The translations under genes were made by a program, and so were the position numbers. A stretch of DNA of 59,813 bases from a virus (taxonomy: Duplodnaviria; Caudoviricetes), in the IMG/VR virus record IMGVR_UViG_3300025113_000005, positions 1 through 59,813 of that record. One strand, given 5' to 3'. Positions 28,825-39,019 of this stretch are shown piece by piece. The notes beneath the pieces were generated by a model. It was not told the origin of the DNA. It did no database searches and saw only the letters and a program-made list of their open reading frames with translations. Each line of letters starts with the position of its first letter. Position 1 is the first letter of the stretch.

Positions 28825-29874
28825 TTAGGAAAAGTTATACCGCTTGACCTTGTTCCAGACAAGCAGTTCTTTCTTGAAGATGGTTATCTCAAGGAAAGAC
28901 CGGAAAAACGTGTAGGGATTGATGAAGTACGCAACCCAGAAGTAAGCTGGAAACTTGATGATCACATCCCACCGACGGGTACGACGAGCGGTGTACATCA
29001 CCAGGAGGAAGGTGATGGCAACATGGAGTGCCAAACCACCCAGCACGAATGGAGGAAAGAAGATCCCAATAACAAGCGCCCACAGCAGCGGGTTGAAAAG
29101 AAGCGCGTCAAGGGACATGACGATCATGTAGAGGTCCACTGCCTGTTTCTTGGTTCGGAGAGAGAATACGCGGTGCTTTCGGACAACCTGCCAGAAACCG
29201 CGGTACCAGCGCAGCATCTGCTTGGTATAGTCCCGAACGGTGAGCGGGTCCTGTGTCCAAACAAATGCTTCAGGAGTATATTTTACCTTACCACCAGCGC
29301 GGTGCACCTGCATGGTCAGGTCCATGTCCTCTGCGAGGGTGGTGCTGTCAATCTCCAGGGTCTTGAGCACAGCGGTGCGATACATGGACGCGCAACCAGG
29401 GGCGACGAAGACGCAGCCCCAGTTGTCCTGCCCCACCTTCGCGACGTCCTGCCCGTAGGTGTAGTCGAAAGCACGCATCGCAGAGACGAGGTGATCACCT
29501 CGATCGGACTTCACCTGTCCCAGGAAGAGCGCGACGTCCGGATCATTTCTCGCCGCCGCGTAGAGAGCATTGTAGAAGTAGATGTCGACCTTGGTGTCGC
29601 CGTCCATGAAGATGACGTAGTCGTAGCGATCGAGCAGCTTGAAGTGCTCTAGCGCGGCGCGCTGCGCCGCCGCCTTGCCGCCGTTCTTCTCAACCGTCAG
29701 CACGTTGACCCTCATTGCCAGTGCCAGCTCCGCGGTACGGTCAGTCGAGCGGTCGTCCACTACGTAGATGTCCTCGCGTCGCACGTCAGCAGCTACCAGC
29801 GCGGCGATGGTGCCCTGGATAACGGGCTCCTCGTTGTAGGCGGGAACCAGTACGGCGATGGTTAGATCAGTCAT
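28825..29874 (-). CDS. processive GT2 polysaccharide synthase (PgaC/IcaA/cellulose-synthase-like)
   Basis: PAYNEE, VDDRSTD, GGKA, DGD, AED, QMLRW; C-terminal TMs. Confidence 0.9.
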   Translation of the reverse strand: MTDLTIAVLVPAYNEEPVIQGTIAALVAADVRREDIYVVDDRSTDRTAELALAMRVNVLTVEKNGGKAAAQRAALEHFKLLDRYDYVIFMDGDTKVDIYFYNALYAAARNDPDVALFLGQVKSDRGDHLVSAMRAFDYTYGQDVAKVGQDNWGCVFVAPGCASMYRTAVLKTLEIDSTTLAEDMDLTMQVHRAGGKVKYTPEAFVWTQDPLTVRDYTKQMLRWYRGFWQVVRKHRVFSLRTKKQAVDLYMIVMSLDALLFNPLLWALVIGIFFPPFVLGGLALHVAITFLLVMYTARRTRRWDVIIKFPAYFWVAYFINPYTFFRSFLEITIFKKELLVWNKVKRYNFS

Positions 29875-29878
29875 TGGT

Positions 29879-30196
29879 TCAGCGAAGATCAGCAGTTGGT
29901 TGAAGAACAGGTCGTCGGATGCGAACGAAGCCGTGGATGACCAACCACGAGCGGTCAACCTCCTTCACTCCAAGTGGAACCAAGAAGGACCGCCCTGTCT
30001 TGTTCTTCAAGACCTTGCGGGCATCGCAGTCATACACCCAGACCGCCGCGAGGCTCAGTTTTGTCGGCACATGTATCAAGCCGTTGTTGTCCAGCCAGCA
30101 CGGGACGAGAGCCTCCTCACCATTTTCCAGCTTGACGTGGACCTGGTGGGTTTCAGGTGCCTGCACCTGCCTGACGATGATGTCACTGGCTGTCAC
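29879..30196 (-). CDS. hypothetical protein
   Basis: tiles the operon. Confidence 0.5.
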   Translation of the reverse strand: MTASDIIVRQVQAPETHQVHVKLENGEEALVPCWLDNNGLIHVPTKLSLAAVWVYDCDARKVLKNKTGRSFLVPLGVKEVDRSWLVIHGFVRIRRPVLQPTADLR

Positions 30197-30392
30197 TGGC
30201 TTCCTCTGGCCGCCGGCCTTTCTTGCCGCCCTTGATGAAGGCGCTGTAGGTGCCGCTGCCGCTCTGCCACCAGGCCTTTACCTTGCCGTGCTTCGAGCCG
30301 GTGCGGCTGGGACCCTTCTCACCTTTCAGGTGGAGGGCGGTGATCTCGCGGGCCTTGGCCATCACGCGGGCATTCTTGCTGTTACGGGACAC
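30183..30392 (-). CDS. small basic protein
   Basis: AAGGAG RBS. Confidence 0.55.
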   Translation of the reverse strand: MSRNSKNARVMAKAREITALHLKGEKGPSRTGSKHGKVKAWWQSGSGTYSAFIKGGKKGRRPEEASDSQ

Positions 30393-30408
30393 TTTATCTC
30401 CTTGTGGT

Positions 30409-31506
30409 TCAGTCGTTCAAAAAGCTCAGGGCGTTCAGGCGCTCCGAGCGGATAGCGGCGCCAATGGCTGGGCCGCTTCGGCCATCAGCGACCAGCTTGG
30501 CACCCAGGTCGTTGAGCGGCGTTGTCACCGCCTCGGCCTGTACCAGCTCGCTGAAGCTCACCGCTGTGGGGCGACCGAGGCTCGATGCCAGCCGCACACC
30601 ATGGAGCACCGTATTGAAGACGGGGTTGTTGTTCCAGGCTCCTGACCGACGCAGCACCTCGAGCACCACCAGGTCGCGGCGCATGTTCAGCGGTAGGGGC
30701 TCCAGCAGGTCAAAGACCTGACGGGCATCACGTGCCAGAGCACCACCGACCTGCTCGCAGAAGTCAAGGGTGTGACCAGCCAGCAGCGCGAAGTAGGTAG
30801 GGCGCATCGACTCAACGACCTCAGAGCGGACCGCTGACGCCACCAGCGCCGCGCGGATCGGGCTAAAGCCCCTGAAGAAGTCGACGTGCACATGCACATC
30901 CAGCTGCTGCAGGATGGAGAAGAAGGCCACAGCGCCATCGGGGGTGCAGGTGCTCAGGACCTTGTTGATCTCCGCCGCGAAGCGCTCGGGCGGCAGCTGG
31001 TTGAGGTCGCCGCGGCTGACCATCAGCTTCGCCAGCGCGAAGGTCTCGGGGGCAGCAGTGAGACCAGGCAGCCGCGCGAGGAAGCGTGCCAGGCGGATGA
31101 CGCGCAGCGGGTCCTCGCTGAAGGCGACGCTCGTGTGACGCAGCACCTTCGCGGCGAGGTCGCCGCGACCGTTGAACGGGTCGATGTACAGCTCCGTCTC
31201 GGGGTCGTAGGCGATGGAGTTGATGGTGAAGTCGCGGCGTGCCAGGTCGTCGACCAGCGTAACCGACGGGTCGAAGACGGTCTCGAAGCCGTGGTAACCC
31301 GGGCCGACCTTGCGCTCCGTGCGGGCGAGGGCGTGCTCCTCACGCGTCGTCGGGTGCAGGAAGACAGGGAAGGACGCGCCGACCTGCTCGAAGCCCTGGT
31401 TCAGCAGGTCCTGCGGTGTGGCGCCGACCACGACCCAGTCGCGGTCCTGAGCGACGCCGCCCAGCAGCTGGTCACGAACGGCGCCTCCAACGAGATAGGT
31501 CTTCAC
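30409..31506 (-). CDS. cca: tRNA nucleotidyltransferase (CCA-adding enzyme)
   Basis: [50 protein letters not shown]. Confidence 0.93.
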   Translation of the reverse strand: MKTYLVGGAVRDQLLGGVAQDRDWVVVGATPQDLLNQGFEQVGASFPVFLHPTTREEHALARTERKVGPGYHGFETVFDPSVTLVDDLARRDFTINSIAYDPETELYIDPFNGRGDLAAKVLRHTSVAFSEDPLRVIRLARFLARLPGLTAAPETFALAKLMVSRGDLNQLPPERFAAEINKVLSTCTPDGAVAFFSILQQLDVHVHVDFFRGFSPIRAALVASAVRSEVVESMRPTYFALLAGHTLDFCEQVGGALARDARQVFDLLEPLPLNMRRDLVVLEVLRRSGAWNNNPVFNTVLHGVRLASSLGRPTAVSFSELVQAEAVTTPLNDLGAKLVADGRSGPAIGAAIRSERLNALSFLND

Positions 31507-31670
31507 TTTGATTTTTCCTCGGTCTTGTGGCTACCGCAGCGGCTGCAGCGGTAGACGGTTGACCAGTGATCGTAGCCGCCACGTAGGCTCTGTTCGTGAA
31601 CGTCCTGCACAAAGATCCAGGTATGACGGCACCAGAGGTACCGCTCAAACCACTCTCTCAGTTTTACCAC
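31503..31670 (-). CDS. 55-aa zinc-binding protein (not in ORF track)
   Basis: own translation: [34 protein letters not shown]; overlaps both neighbours. Confidence 0.55.
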   Translation of the reverse strand: MVKLREWFERYLWCRHTWIFVQDVHEQSLRGGYDHWSTVYRCSRCGSHKTEEKSK

Positions 31671-32059
31671 GCCAGTAGCTTGTTGGCGTTGATGGCCAGG
31701 CAGATGAAGGTCTCTCCCTGGTAGTCAAGACGCGCCCATGTGAGGGCGTCCCGATCGATCTGCTCTCTATCAAGCAACCGATCCAGTGAGATGCGCAGGT
31801 TCTGATCGGTGATGGCGTGACCATGAGTTGAGGCGATATAGCCGTTCAGAAAGATCCGTACGTAGGCCTCGATCTCGGCGGTGTCGTCCGAGCAGCCAAC
31901 AACGTCAATGTCGAAGCACCGCACCGATGCGGTCACCGGGTAGGTAGCTTGACCGTACAGGCCATTGCCGTCTTCACCGAAGAAGGTGAGGTCCTGGGCG
32001 TGAAACACCCGGTCCAGCAGCACGGTCATCTCCTGCTTGACAATGTCAGAGGCTGTCAT
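31664..32059 (-). CDS. hypothetical protein
   Basis: GGAGG RBS. Confidence 0.6.
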   Translation of the reverse strand: MTASDIVKQEMTVLLDRVFHAQDLTFFGEDGNGLYGQATYPVTASVRCFDIDVVGCSDDTAEIEAYVRIFLNGYIASTHGHAITDQNLRISLDRLLDREQIDRDALTWARLDYQGETFICLAINANKLLAW

Positions 32060-32198
32060 TCAGGGCCCTCCGAGCTTCACTGATCAGAGCGCGCTGCAGC
32101 CGATCACGCCTGGTGCTGTGGGCACCAGCCTTCCGAAACCGAGCGACCGCGACAAACGGGTTCCTCGGCTTGAGGAGAGGGACAGTGAGCTTCTGCAT
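32046..32198 (-). CDS. 50-aa basic protein (not in ORF track)
   Basis: own translation: MQKLTVPLLKPRNPFVAVARFRKAGAHSTRRDR..; directly behind early promoter 32208-32237. Confidence 0.55.
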   Translation of the reverse strand: MQKLTVPLLKPRNPFVAVARFRKAGAHSTRRDRLQRALISEARRALNDSL

Positions 32199-32238
32199 GA
32201 TAGGGCCATTTTATCACAGGCGGTGGGGTTGTACACCC

Positions 32239-32860
32239 TTAATTTGTAACAGTTACAAGCTGCAGGTTCCAGCGTACGTTCTCAAGATCGATCTCAGCGG
32301 CGGCGATTTGATGGCCTGGATGGCGTCGCTCGACCAGGCGAACAAGCCGTTCACGCTCACCTGGTGCCACGTAGAGCTGCGCTTGGTTCAGCAGGTGCTC
32401 CGCGATGAGCTCCTCCTGCTCCATCGAGCACCCGACTGAGACGTTCACTTCGCCTTGAGCAGCAGGCGCTGTAGGTCCTCGGCCCCGTGGCGCAGTGCCA
32501 TCCGCTGCGTTTGCACCAGGTGGTGCATGGACCCTGGGGCCTGCATCTGGTCGATGATGCCATCTAGCTTGGAGACAGCGTCCTGGATCTTCTTCATCTG
32601 GACGTTGAAGGCGTCATCCAGCGCCGCCTCTTGAATCAGCTTGCTCATTTCTTCACCCGTGCTGCTTCCATCTTGTTGTAGATGTCGCCGATCTTTTCAC
32701 TAGCAAGCCACACGCTCTTCAGCTGATCGCTGCTAGGCACCGCGCCGCGCAGCAGGTGATCAATGGTGTCCAGCGTTCGATCCAGGTTCTTCACCGTGGT
32801 GGCCAGTCGATCTAGCTCTTCCAGCTCTGTCAGGTCAATCAGTTCCTTTAGTGTCTTCAT
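32239..32860 (-). CDS. three small hypothetical genes (32239-32448, 32445-32648, 32645-32860)
   Basis: coupled ORFs; leaders MKTLKELIDLTE and MSKLIQE; TAAATA at 32883-32888. Confidence 0.55.
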
Positions 32861-33789
32861 GTGCCCGCCTTTGTTTGTAGGCTATTTACAACGAGTGGCT
32901 CCGCTGTCCTAAACTCCGTTTCAGTGGCCTGGTAGAAGATCCAGCTACCGAGGTCCACCGCAGTCAAGCACTTCCAGCTGGCTGCGTCGCTTTTATAGGA
33001 CCCGAAGGCACAGGTGTCGATGTTCGTCTGTCCAAAGATCGTCGTCGGTCGCTGCAGGATGGTGTGCCCGCTGATGATGTGGCTTAGAGCGGGGTTGTAG
33101 ATGCCAGTGCCCTTCTTGAAGTGATAGTCGACGATTCGCTGGGCCTTGCTCTCATTGACCTGTAGGTTGTAGAACTGGTAGTAGATGTGCCGGCCCCAGC
33201 AGAGGAAGTCGCCGTCACGCGTCTGAACTGTCGCCAGTCGCAGCACCTCCTCAGGGTTGGTCAGCAGCTCGTCGGTGATGGGCCCCCTGTCTGGTGGAAA
33301 CTCCGCGTGAATGACGTGAAATCGCCGCCCATCTGGTCGAAGCACCGTCAGCAGGTAGGGCAGCTCACGCACGTAATCAAGCAGGTCCCAGAGTCGCAGG
33401 CTCTCGTGCTTTGGTGGCGGCGGACGATCAAGCTCGTTGATGATCAGCTTCTTGGAGGCCCGCCATTCTTCCAGCGCGTTGAAGCCCCACAGCCCGCCGT
33501 TTTGAGCCCAAAACGCACCGAGGTAGCCACCATCGAAGGCCTCAATCATCAGCTGCTCGTGGTTGGCCAGCACGCAGTGAAACCACGGTTCCTTCAGCAG
33601 GGCAAGACATTCCAGGCTGTCAGGCCCGCGGTCAACGAGATCACCCACGCTGAACATGCGGTCAACTGCCTTGTTGAAGTTGATGCCGCTTAGCAGCCGC
33701 TCAAACGCCGTAAGAGACCCATGTAGGTCTCCCACGACGAAATCACGGCCGTTCAGGTTCGGTTCGAAGGTCTTAATCGGGTTCTTCAT
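32857..33789 (-). CDS. metallophosphoesterase (Ser/Thr protein phosphatase-like)
   Basis: GDLHG, GDLVDRGPDS, NHE, HA, GHT, NIDT. Confidence 0.9.
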   Translation of the reverse strand: MKNPIKTFEPNLNGRDFVVGDLHGSLTAFERLLSGINFNKAVDRMFSVGDLVDRGPDSLECLALLKEPWFHCVLANHEQLMIEAFDGGYLGAFWAQNGGLWGFNALEEWRASKKLIINELDRPPPPKHESLRLWDLLDYVRELPYLLTVLRPDGRRFHVIHAEFPPDRGPITDELLTNPEEVLRLATVQTRDGDFLCWGRHIYYQFYNLQVNESKAQRIVDYHFKKGTGIYNPALSHIISGHTILQRPTTIFGQTNIDTCAFGSYKSDAASWKCLTAVDLGSWIFYQATETEFRTAEPLVVNSLQTKAGT

Positions 33790-34018
33790 GACGTGGAATA
33801 CAGTCGGCTCCATAGACGGCCCGTATCATTTCTCGGTGAGCTGCTAGGCATGCGTCCTGAACTACCCAAGGGTTTGAGTCTAGGTAGCCGCGCAGGATAT
33901 CCAGCGCAACTGGTGTGATGTCACCGACACCTCCATCAGCGCCAAGGTCCTTTGCGGCCTGCTCGAGAGCCTGCATGATTTCACGCGTGGTGACTGGGTA
34001 CTCGAGCAGGTTACGCAT
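33773..34018 (-). CDS. hypothetical protein
   Basis: tiles the operon. Confidence 0.5.
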   Translation of the reverse strand: MRNLLEYPVTTREIMQALEQAAKDLGADGGVGDITPVALDILRGYLDSNPWVVQDACLAAHREMIRAVYGADCIPRHEEPD

Positions 34019-34021
34019 GGC

Positions 34022-34876
34022 TTAGACCTTGAAGACGCCAGCGAAGCTGAAGCGCACGAAGCGGCCGCCCATCTTGGCAAACAGGTCGCCGAGCATGCGG
34101 AAGATCTCAACCAGAAAGTCGCCAATCAGGAGGCTGACGGCGTACGCCGGCCACAGGAACGTCCAGGCGCCGATGAAGCCAGCCAGGCGCTTCCGGTTGA
34201 TGACAGGCTGCACCTGGTGGGTCTCATCGTTCAGCTCGACCTGGATGAAGTCCTTCTTGAGGTCGGACATGATGTACTCTTCGCTGCGCAGGTACTCGGT
34301 GACAAGCTGCGCGGCCACGTCGATGTCCTTGGGAGTGGCTGCCTCGGACTGGGCGGCACGGAGGGCATCGCGGTAGTTGAGCTCGGTCCGCGTGGCTTCC
34401 TTCTTGTCGTTCTTGTTGCCGTCGTTGTTGCTGTTGTCGTCTTTACGCCAAATGGTGCGGTTCGAGGCATTGACGAAGTACTTTCCGTCGCGTTCCTTGA
34501 CCCATTGGGGATCAACGGCCTCGCCGTCTACAGAGAAGGTGACCTTCACTGTCTTGATGAACTTGGCCCAGCTTTCAGCGTGGACGCGGGCCATCTTGCG
34601 CACCGAGAGAACGAACTCGAGCACCGAGTAGGCAAGGCCCGCCGCCAGGTAGATGGCCGCCGGCTTCCAAAACGACCACGACTGAACGGTCTCCCAGACG
34701 CCCGTGAAGGACAGGTCCTGCCAGAACCACGCCGCTGCGATGGCAAGGCCGAGACCGAGAATGTACCACTTGGGGCTCTCGTTGTAGCGGCGGTCAAGGG
34801 CGGTGCCGATGACCATCAGGATGAAGAAGAAGCCAAAAGCGAGAAGTTCGATTAGGCCCAGTCCAAGTTCTATCAT
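34022..34876 (-). CDS. multi-pass membrane protein
   Basis: three N-terminal TMs and one C-terminal TM; GAGG RBS. Confidence 0.7.
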   Translation of the reverse strand: MIELGLGLIELLAFGFFFILMVIGTALDRRYNESPKWYILGLGLAIAAAWFWQDLSFTGVWETVQSWSFWKPAAIYLAAGLAYSVLEFVLSVRKMARVHAESWAKFIKTVKVTFSVDGEAVDPQWVKERDGKYFVNASNRTIWRKDDNSNNDGNKNDKKEATRTELNYRDALRAAQSEAATPKDIDVAAQLVTEYLRSEEYIMSDLKKDFIQVELNDETHQVQPVINRKRLAGFIGAWTFLWPAYAVSLLIGDFLVEIFRMLGDLFAKMGGRFVRFSFAGVFKV

Positions 34877-34970
34877 GATTTACCTCAAATTGCGGTTGCG
34901 GAAGTTCATTCTATACTGCTTCGGGGAGAGCAACGGTCATAAATACCAGGATAGAAAGCTGGAGACACCG

Positions 34971-35642
34971 ATGCTCACCATTCAAGGTACCAAGGAATCA
35001 GTTCACGCCGTCGCAACGGTAAACCTGAACGCCGTTTACGACAATGGAGATCAGCCCGATCCGACACTCGGATGGCCATCGACCCTGACCGCGACCGCCA
35101 ACGGGGTGCTCGTGGTGGATGGATACGCTCCAGCTATCACCAACCGGGTGTTGGTAACCGCCCAGACCAACCCAGCGCACAACGGAATCTATCGCGTGAT
35201 CGATGCAGGATCCTCTACGACGCCGTGGTTTCTCAAGCGCTACTCCGATGCCAACAACTCTGATGAAGGTCTTGCCGCCAAGATGGTTACTGGGCTGCTT
35301 GCCTTCGTTCGCTACGGGACCGTAAACGGGACCAGCACGTGGCTCTCTACCACTACGGTGGATGTCGTTGGAACCGATCCGAACGTTTGGGTCCGGGCCC
35401 ACACCGCCCTCTACGCCTTCGCTCCGAGCGCCAAGGTGTGGGTCGTCAAGGCCGATACCTTTGGCGTCGGCAAGGGCACCGTCAACGCCGTCGCTGTGGC
35501 GTCCACCACGACCGCACCGACCACCATCTCCTACGCGATCATCTACGACAACACGACGCGGCCAACCGCCAGCGTCGACAGCAGTCTCGTCTTTGGTGAC
35601 GTCGACTCGGCGCTCGCCTTCTACAAGCCGCTGATCACCTGA
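34971..35642 (+). CDS. putative virion structural protein
   Basis: RVLVTAQTNPAHNGIY motif seen in phage fibre/decoration proteins; TAAATA at 34940-34945; GGAG RBS. Confidence 0.65.
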   Translation: MLTIQGTKESVHAVATVNLNAVYDNGDQPDPTLGWPSTLTATANGVLVVDGYAPAITNRVLVTAQTNPAHNGIYRVIDAGSSTTPWFLKRYSDANNSDEGLAAKMVTGLLAFVRYGTVNGTSTWLSTTTVDVVGTDPNVWVRAHTALYAFAPSAKVWVVKADTFGVGKGTVNAVAVASTTTAPTTISYAIIYDNTTRPTASVDSSLVFGDVDSALAFYKPLIT

Positions 35643-35645
35643 GCG

Positions 35646-36338
35646 TCAGTCGTCACCGAACCCGGTGAAAGCCAGCAGCAGCTGCAGCAGGCTGGAGAAA
35701 ATGTTGAGCAGGTCCAGGTAGATGCCCACCGTGGCCAGCACGTAGTTGTCTTGGCCACCGTTGACGACCTGCTGAACGTCGTAGATCAGGAACACCGTAA
35801 AGACGACCAGCGCCACCGCGGCGAGCAGGACCACCAGCCACGAGAGCTGCAGCAGGATGTTCAGGACCCCGACGACAACGATCGCCAGCACCGCCCCGAG
35901 CAGGAAACCACCCATCCCAGAGAAGTCCCGCTTCGTCGTAGCGGCGTAGGCGGAGCAGCCCACCAGCGCCGCACAGGTTCCAGCGAAGGCCAGCGCAATG
36001 AGCCCTGCCCCGTTGGTGACGCCAAGCGCGAGTGAGATCAACCCAGACATGCCACCGCCCATCACGAAGGTGAAGAGCAGCGTCAGCGGAATGGCCACTG
36101 CATGGTTGGCCGTGAGATGGATGCCAAAGAGGAAGCTGAAGGCCAGCAGCAGGAAGCCGCCCAGCGACAGCCAGGGGGACTCGCGCATCAGCTCCGGCAC
36201 GCCGAGGTCGATGCCGAGATAGACCCCCAGGATCGTTGGTAGCAGCGTCAGGGCGAGCAGCAGGAAGGTGTTGCGCAGCACCTTGTTGGTGGCAGCGGTG
36301 CCACGAAACGCGGATTCGCGAAGCATGCTTGTGTACAT
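35646..36338 (-). CDS. Bax inhibitor-1/YccA family membrane protein
   Basis: NKVLRNTFLLLA, TKRDFS, YD..NGG..NY..YLDLLNIF; about 7 TMs. Confidence 0.9.
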   Translation of the reverse strand: MYTSMLRESAFRGTAATNKVLRNTFLLLALTLLPTILGVYLGIDLGVPELMRESPWLSLGGFLLLAFSFLFGIHLTANHAVAIPLTLLFTFVMGGGMSGLISLALGVTNGAGLIALAFAGTCAALVGCSAYAATTKRDFSGMGGFLLGAVLAIVVVGVLNILLQLSWLVVLLAAVALVVFTVFLIYDVQQVVNGGQDNYVLATVGIYLDLLNIFSSLLQLLLAFTGFGDD

Positions 36339-36376
36339 GGACTCTCCTGTCATCAGGTTGAAAGGTAGCTCGGTAT

Positions 36377-36868
36377 TTACTTCGCCCCGAACTTAGGCGG
36401 GTCACGGAACTGCCTGAAGGCACCGCCACATAGCGCTGGAACATGGGCAGACAGCACGTTGTCAAGATGGTTCTGTGCGTGCTGGGTGCGCAGAAAGAAC
36501 CCTCGAAGCACGTAGTGCAGGCCAGCCTGCGGCACCACCGCAGGTAACAGGCTGAACGAGGCATGGTAGATAGCCACGTGCTCCTGTTCGTGCCTGTAGA
36601 CCTCGTTCTGCATGCAGCCACCATCCAGCACCTCGGTGGCTAGGTAGACGGTGACGTTGCGGTAGCCGACCTGCATCGAGCACTCGCCCGGATTGAGGTA
36701 CATCTCAGCCTCGGTGAGCCCAAGGTACGGCTCACCCTTCTGGTCCCGGAGCTGCTCACGAGTAAGCGTGAAGTTCTCGGAGTAGAAGAACGTTTGGGGG
36801 TCGAGGCGCACCTCCTCGCAGTTCGCCAGTGAGGCGGTAACGGCAATAATGAGGGCGCCAAGCGTCAA
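36377..36868 (-). CDS. secreted protein with HExxH motif
   Basis: signal-like N-terminus; HEQEH. Confidence 0.5.
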   Translation of the reverse strand: MTLGALIIAVTASLANCEEVRLDPQTFFYSENFTLTREQLRDQKGEPYLGLTEAEMYLNPGECSMQVGYRNVTVYLATEVLDGGCMQNEVYRHEQEHVAIYHASFSLLPAVVPQAGLHYVLRGFFLRTQHAQNHLDNVLSAHVPALCGGAFRQFRDPPKFGAK

Positions 36869-37116
36869 CGCAGGACCTTCAGCTTCGGGTCGAGGTGGGC
36901 GAGCGCGAAGTTGCCCATGCCAAGGCAGAGCTGGCGGATGGAGTGAGCGCTGCGGACCATGGCGCGGGCCTTGGCCACGTTGTCCGGGTGCGCGCCTTCA
37001 GCCGCATCGATGCGATCGAAGCAGGCACCCTGCGCGATGACAAGGTTGGCCTTCTTTTCGATTTCCCCGATGAAGGCGAAGTCGAAGAACCCGGTACCGC
37101 GCTGCTTGGCTGCCAT
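36865..37116 (-). CDS. hypothetical early protein
   Basis: AAAGGA RBS; early promoter at 37144-37173. Confidence 0.6.
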   Translation of the reverse strand: MAAKQRGTGFFDFAFIGEIEKKANLVIAQGACFDRIDAAEGAHPDNVAKARAMVRSAHSIRQLCLGMGNFALAHLDPKLKVLR

Positions 37117-37144
37117 GTGTGTTCCTTTTGAGGTTGATAGGCTA

Positions 37145-37654
37145 TTATACACCTTCGGTCATCGCAGGTACACTGGCTGTCTGTAACTTGTAACCAGCTG
37201 GGAAGCCAAGCTCGGCGTAGGCCTCATAGAAGTCCAGCTTGAGGTCCAAGCCAAAGCTTACCGCCAGGGCCTGCATCTTCGTGTTGTACCGCAGGCAGGA
37301 CATGCAGAGCTTCTGCAGCTTCAGCTCCCGCCCACGGCGAATCACGGCGCGCATGAGCTCGCGTGCCAGCCCGGTGCCTCGCTCATTGGCGTCGATCGAG
37401 AAGGCCGCCTCGGCGCTGGTGGAGGTGGCCTTTGCCAGGCACGCCATGCCGATGAGGTCCTTGCCACGAAAGGCCCCAAAGACGGTCGTTGTTTTGAAGT
37501 CGAGGATGGTGCTGGCGTAGTGCCTAACGCCGTCATCTGAGATGGTGCAGAAGAACCGCAGGCGGCGGTCATCTGAGCTGAGCCGCAGCAGGTGGGCTTG
37601 AATGGCTGGTCGGTCAACCTCAGTGAGGATGACGATAGGTGGGGTGGAGGACAT
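37145..37654 (-). CDS. GNAT acetyltransferase
   Basis: DRRLRFF, AEAAFSI..RGTGLAREL, NTKMQALA. Confidence 0.8.
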   Translation of the reverse strand: MSSTPPIVILTEVDRPAIQAHLLRLSSDDRRLRFFCTISDDGVRHYASTILDFKTTTVFGAFRGKDLIGMACLAKATSTSAEAAFSIDANERGTGLARELMRAVIRRGRELKLQKLCMSCLRYNTKMQALAVSFGLDLKLDFYEAYAELGFPAGYKLQTASVPAMTEGV

Positions 37655-37698
37655 GAAGGCTCCCTGTGGTGTGTGTAGCCTTCCAGTTGAAGGCAGGG

Positions 37699-38463
37699 CT
37701 ATTTATGCCGGCGCTTCTTAGCTGCTGGCTTTACAACCTTCACCGGTACGTAGAAGTCGGTATCTCCAAGCCGCCGTCGCAGCTCAATGAGGTCAGCCCA
37801 CCGCTGCCGTGTGTTGGCAGCACCGAGAATCACAACGGTGAGGAGCTCGCTCTTCACTCTCAGCACCACCGTCAGGCAGCCGCCGCTGGAGTTGATGAAC
37901 CCCGTCTTAGAGAGCAGGAAGTACCAGCCGTCCTTTTCAAGAAGGGGGTTCGTGCTGTGACGAGCACCGATCTCAGCGGTGAGCTCAATCGATCGAGGCC
38001 CTACCTCGGTCAGGTAGAGCTCGCGCGCCGCCTCAGCCAGCTGCCGAGCGGTGGAGCGGTTGGCGGGATCCAGCCCTGAGCCCTCGACCAGCGTGGCGTA
38101 GCGCGTGTCTGGTGGAGCGGTGCGAGCGAGGGTGAGGGCGGCGACGTTGTCAGAGGAGATGAGCGCGAGCTCGATGAGCTGGCGTCGCTTGTAGCTGTGT
38201 CCGACCCGCAACGGAGTGGAGCGCATCCGCCCGGTGTGGTAGTCTCCCTTGGTGACCGTGAGCAGCTCATCTTGGTCCAGCTTGACTGCCTGCTCAGCCA
38301 CGAAGAGCTTCGTGATGCTGGCGATTGGACGCTCTCGGTCTGGGTTGTGCTCAAGGAGCACCTCCCCGTTGAGGTTGGTAACGATGTACGCCTCAGCGGT
38401 GATAGGAGTAGACGCCCAGCTCCACAGCGGGCAGAGCACCAGCAGAAGCGCGAGCGGCTTCAT
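37699..38463 (-). CDS. D-Ala-D-Ala peptidase (peptidase S11, PBP7-like)
   Basis: ASITK (SxxK), SDN, KTG; signal peptide. Confidence 0.88.
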   Translation of the reverse strand: MKPLALLLVLCPLWSWASTPITAEAYIVTNLNGEVLLEHNPDRERPIASITKLFVAEQAVKLDQDELLTVTKGDYHTGRMRSTPLRVGHSYKRRQLIELALISSDNVAALTLARTAPPDTRYATLVEGSGLDPANRSTARQLAEAARELYLTEVGPRSIELTAEIGARHSTNPLLEKDGWYFLLSKTGFINSSGGCLTVVLRVKSELLTVVILGAANTRQRWADLIELRRRLGDTDFYVPVKVVKPAAKKRRHK

Positions 38464-38693
38464 CGTCGCTTCAAATTCCAGAAGGCGTGATCGATACGGA
38501 CCTGCTGCTCCTTCTCGGAGAGCTCGCCGTTGCCCGAGCGGTGGGCGTAGCTCCAGCCGCAGATCTTGCCAACGAGAGCGCGCACGGCGTCGGGCCGCAT
38601 CGTCACCTCGGCGTGTAGCTGGATGTCGTGCAGCAGCTGCTCGTAGACCTCTACCTTCTCGCGCAGAGTGGGGTGCTTTGGTTTTTGGATCAT
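38460..38693 (-). CDS. hypothetical protein
   Basis: coupled ORF. Confidence 0.55.
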   Translation of the reverse strand: MIQKPKHPTLREKVEVYEQLLHDIQLHAEVTMRPDAVRALVGKICGWSYAHRSGNGELSEKEQQVRIDHAFWNLKRR

Positions 38694-39019
38694 ACGATGG
38701 CCCAGGTGTCTCCAAACTTGCGTAGCTTCATGCTCTCGAAGGTCTCAATCGGGATGCGGGTGTCGGCCTTCTCATCAGGGCCAAGCGGTCCGTCGATGGT
38801 GCCACGCAGCATCACGTCTTGCCTGACGCGCGTGATAACCTTCTGGACACCGTTGTAGGTAACAACGTCTTCCGTTTCCACGTCAGTTTCAATCGTGAAG
38901 TCAGTCACAGCTAGATTGTAGCCGTTGTCGTGCAGCGACATGAAGCGCGTCACGGTCTCGCCCTTCTCGATGAGCTTCCGCAGCAGCGTGAAGATGAGAG
39001 GGTTGTCAGAGGAGGACAA
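38690..39019 (-). CDS. family B single-domain protein
   Basis: NPLIFTLLRKLIEKGETV..MKLRKFGDTW. Confidence 0.6.
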   Translation of the reverse strand: MSSSDNPLIFTLLRKLIEKGETVTRFMSLHDNGYNLAVTDFTIETDVETEDVVTYNGVQKVITRVRQDVMLRGTIDGPLGPDEKADTRIPIETFESMKLRKFGDTWAIV

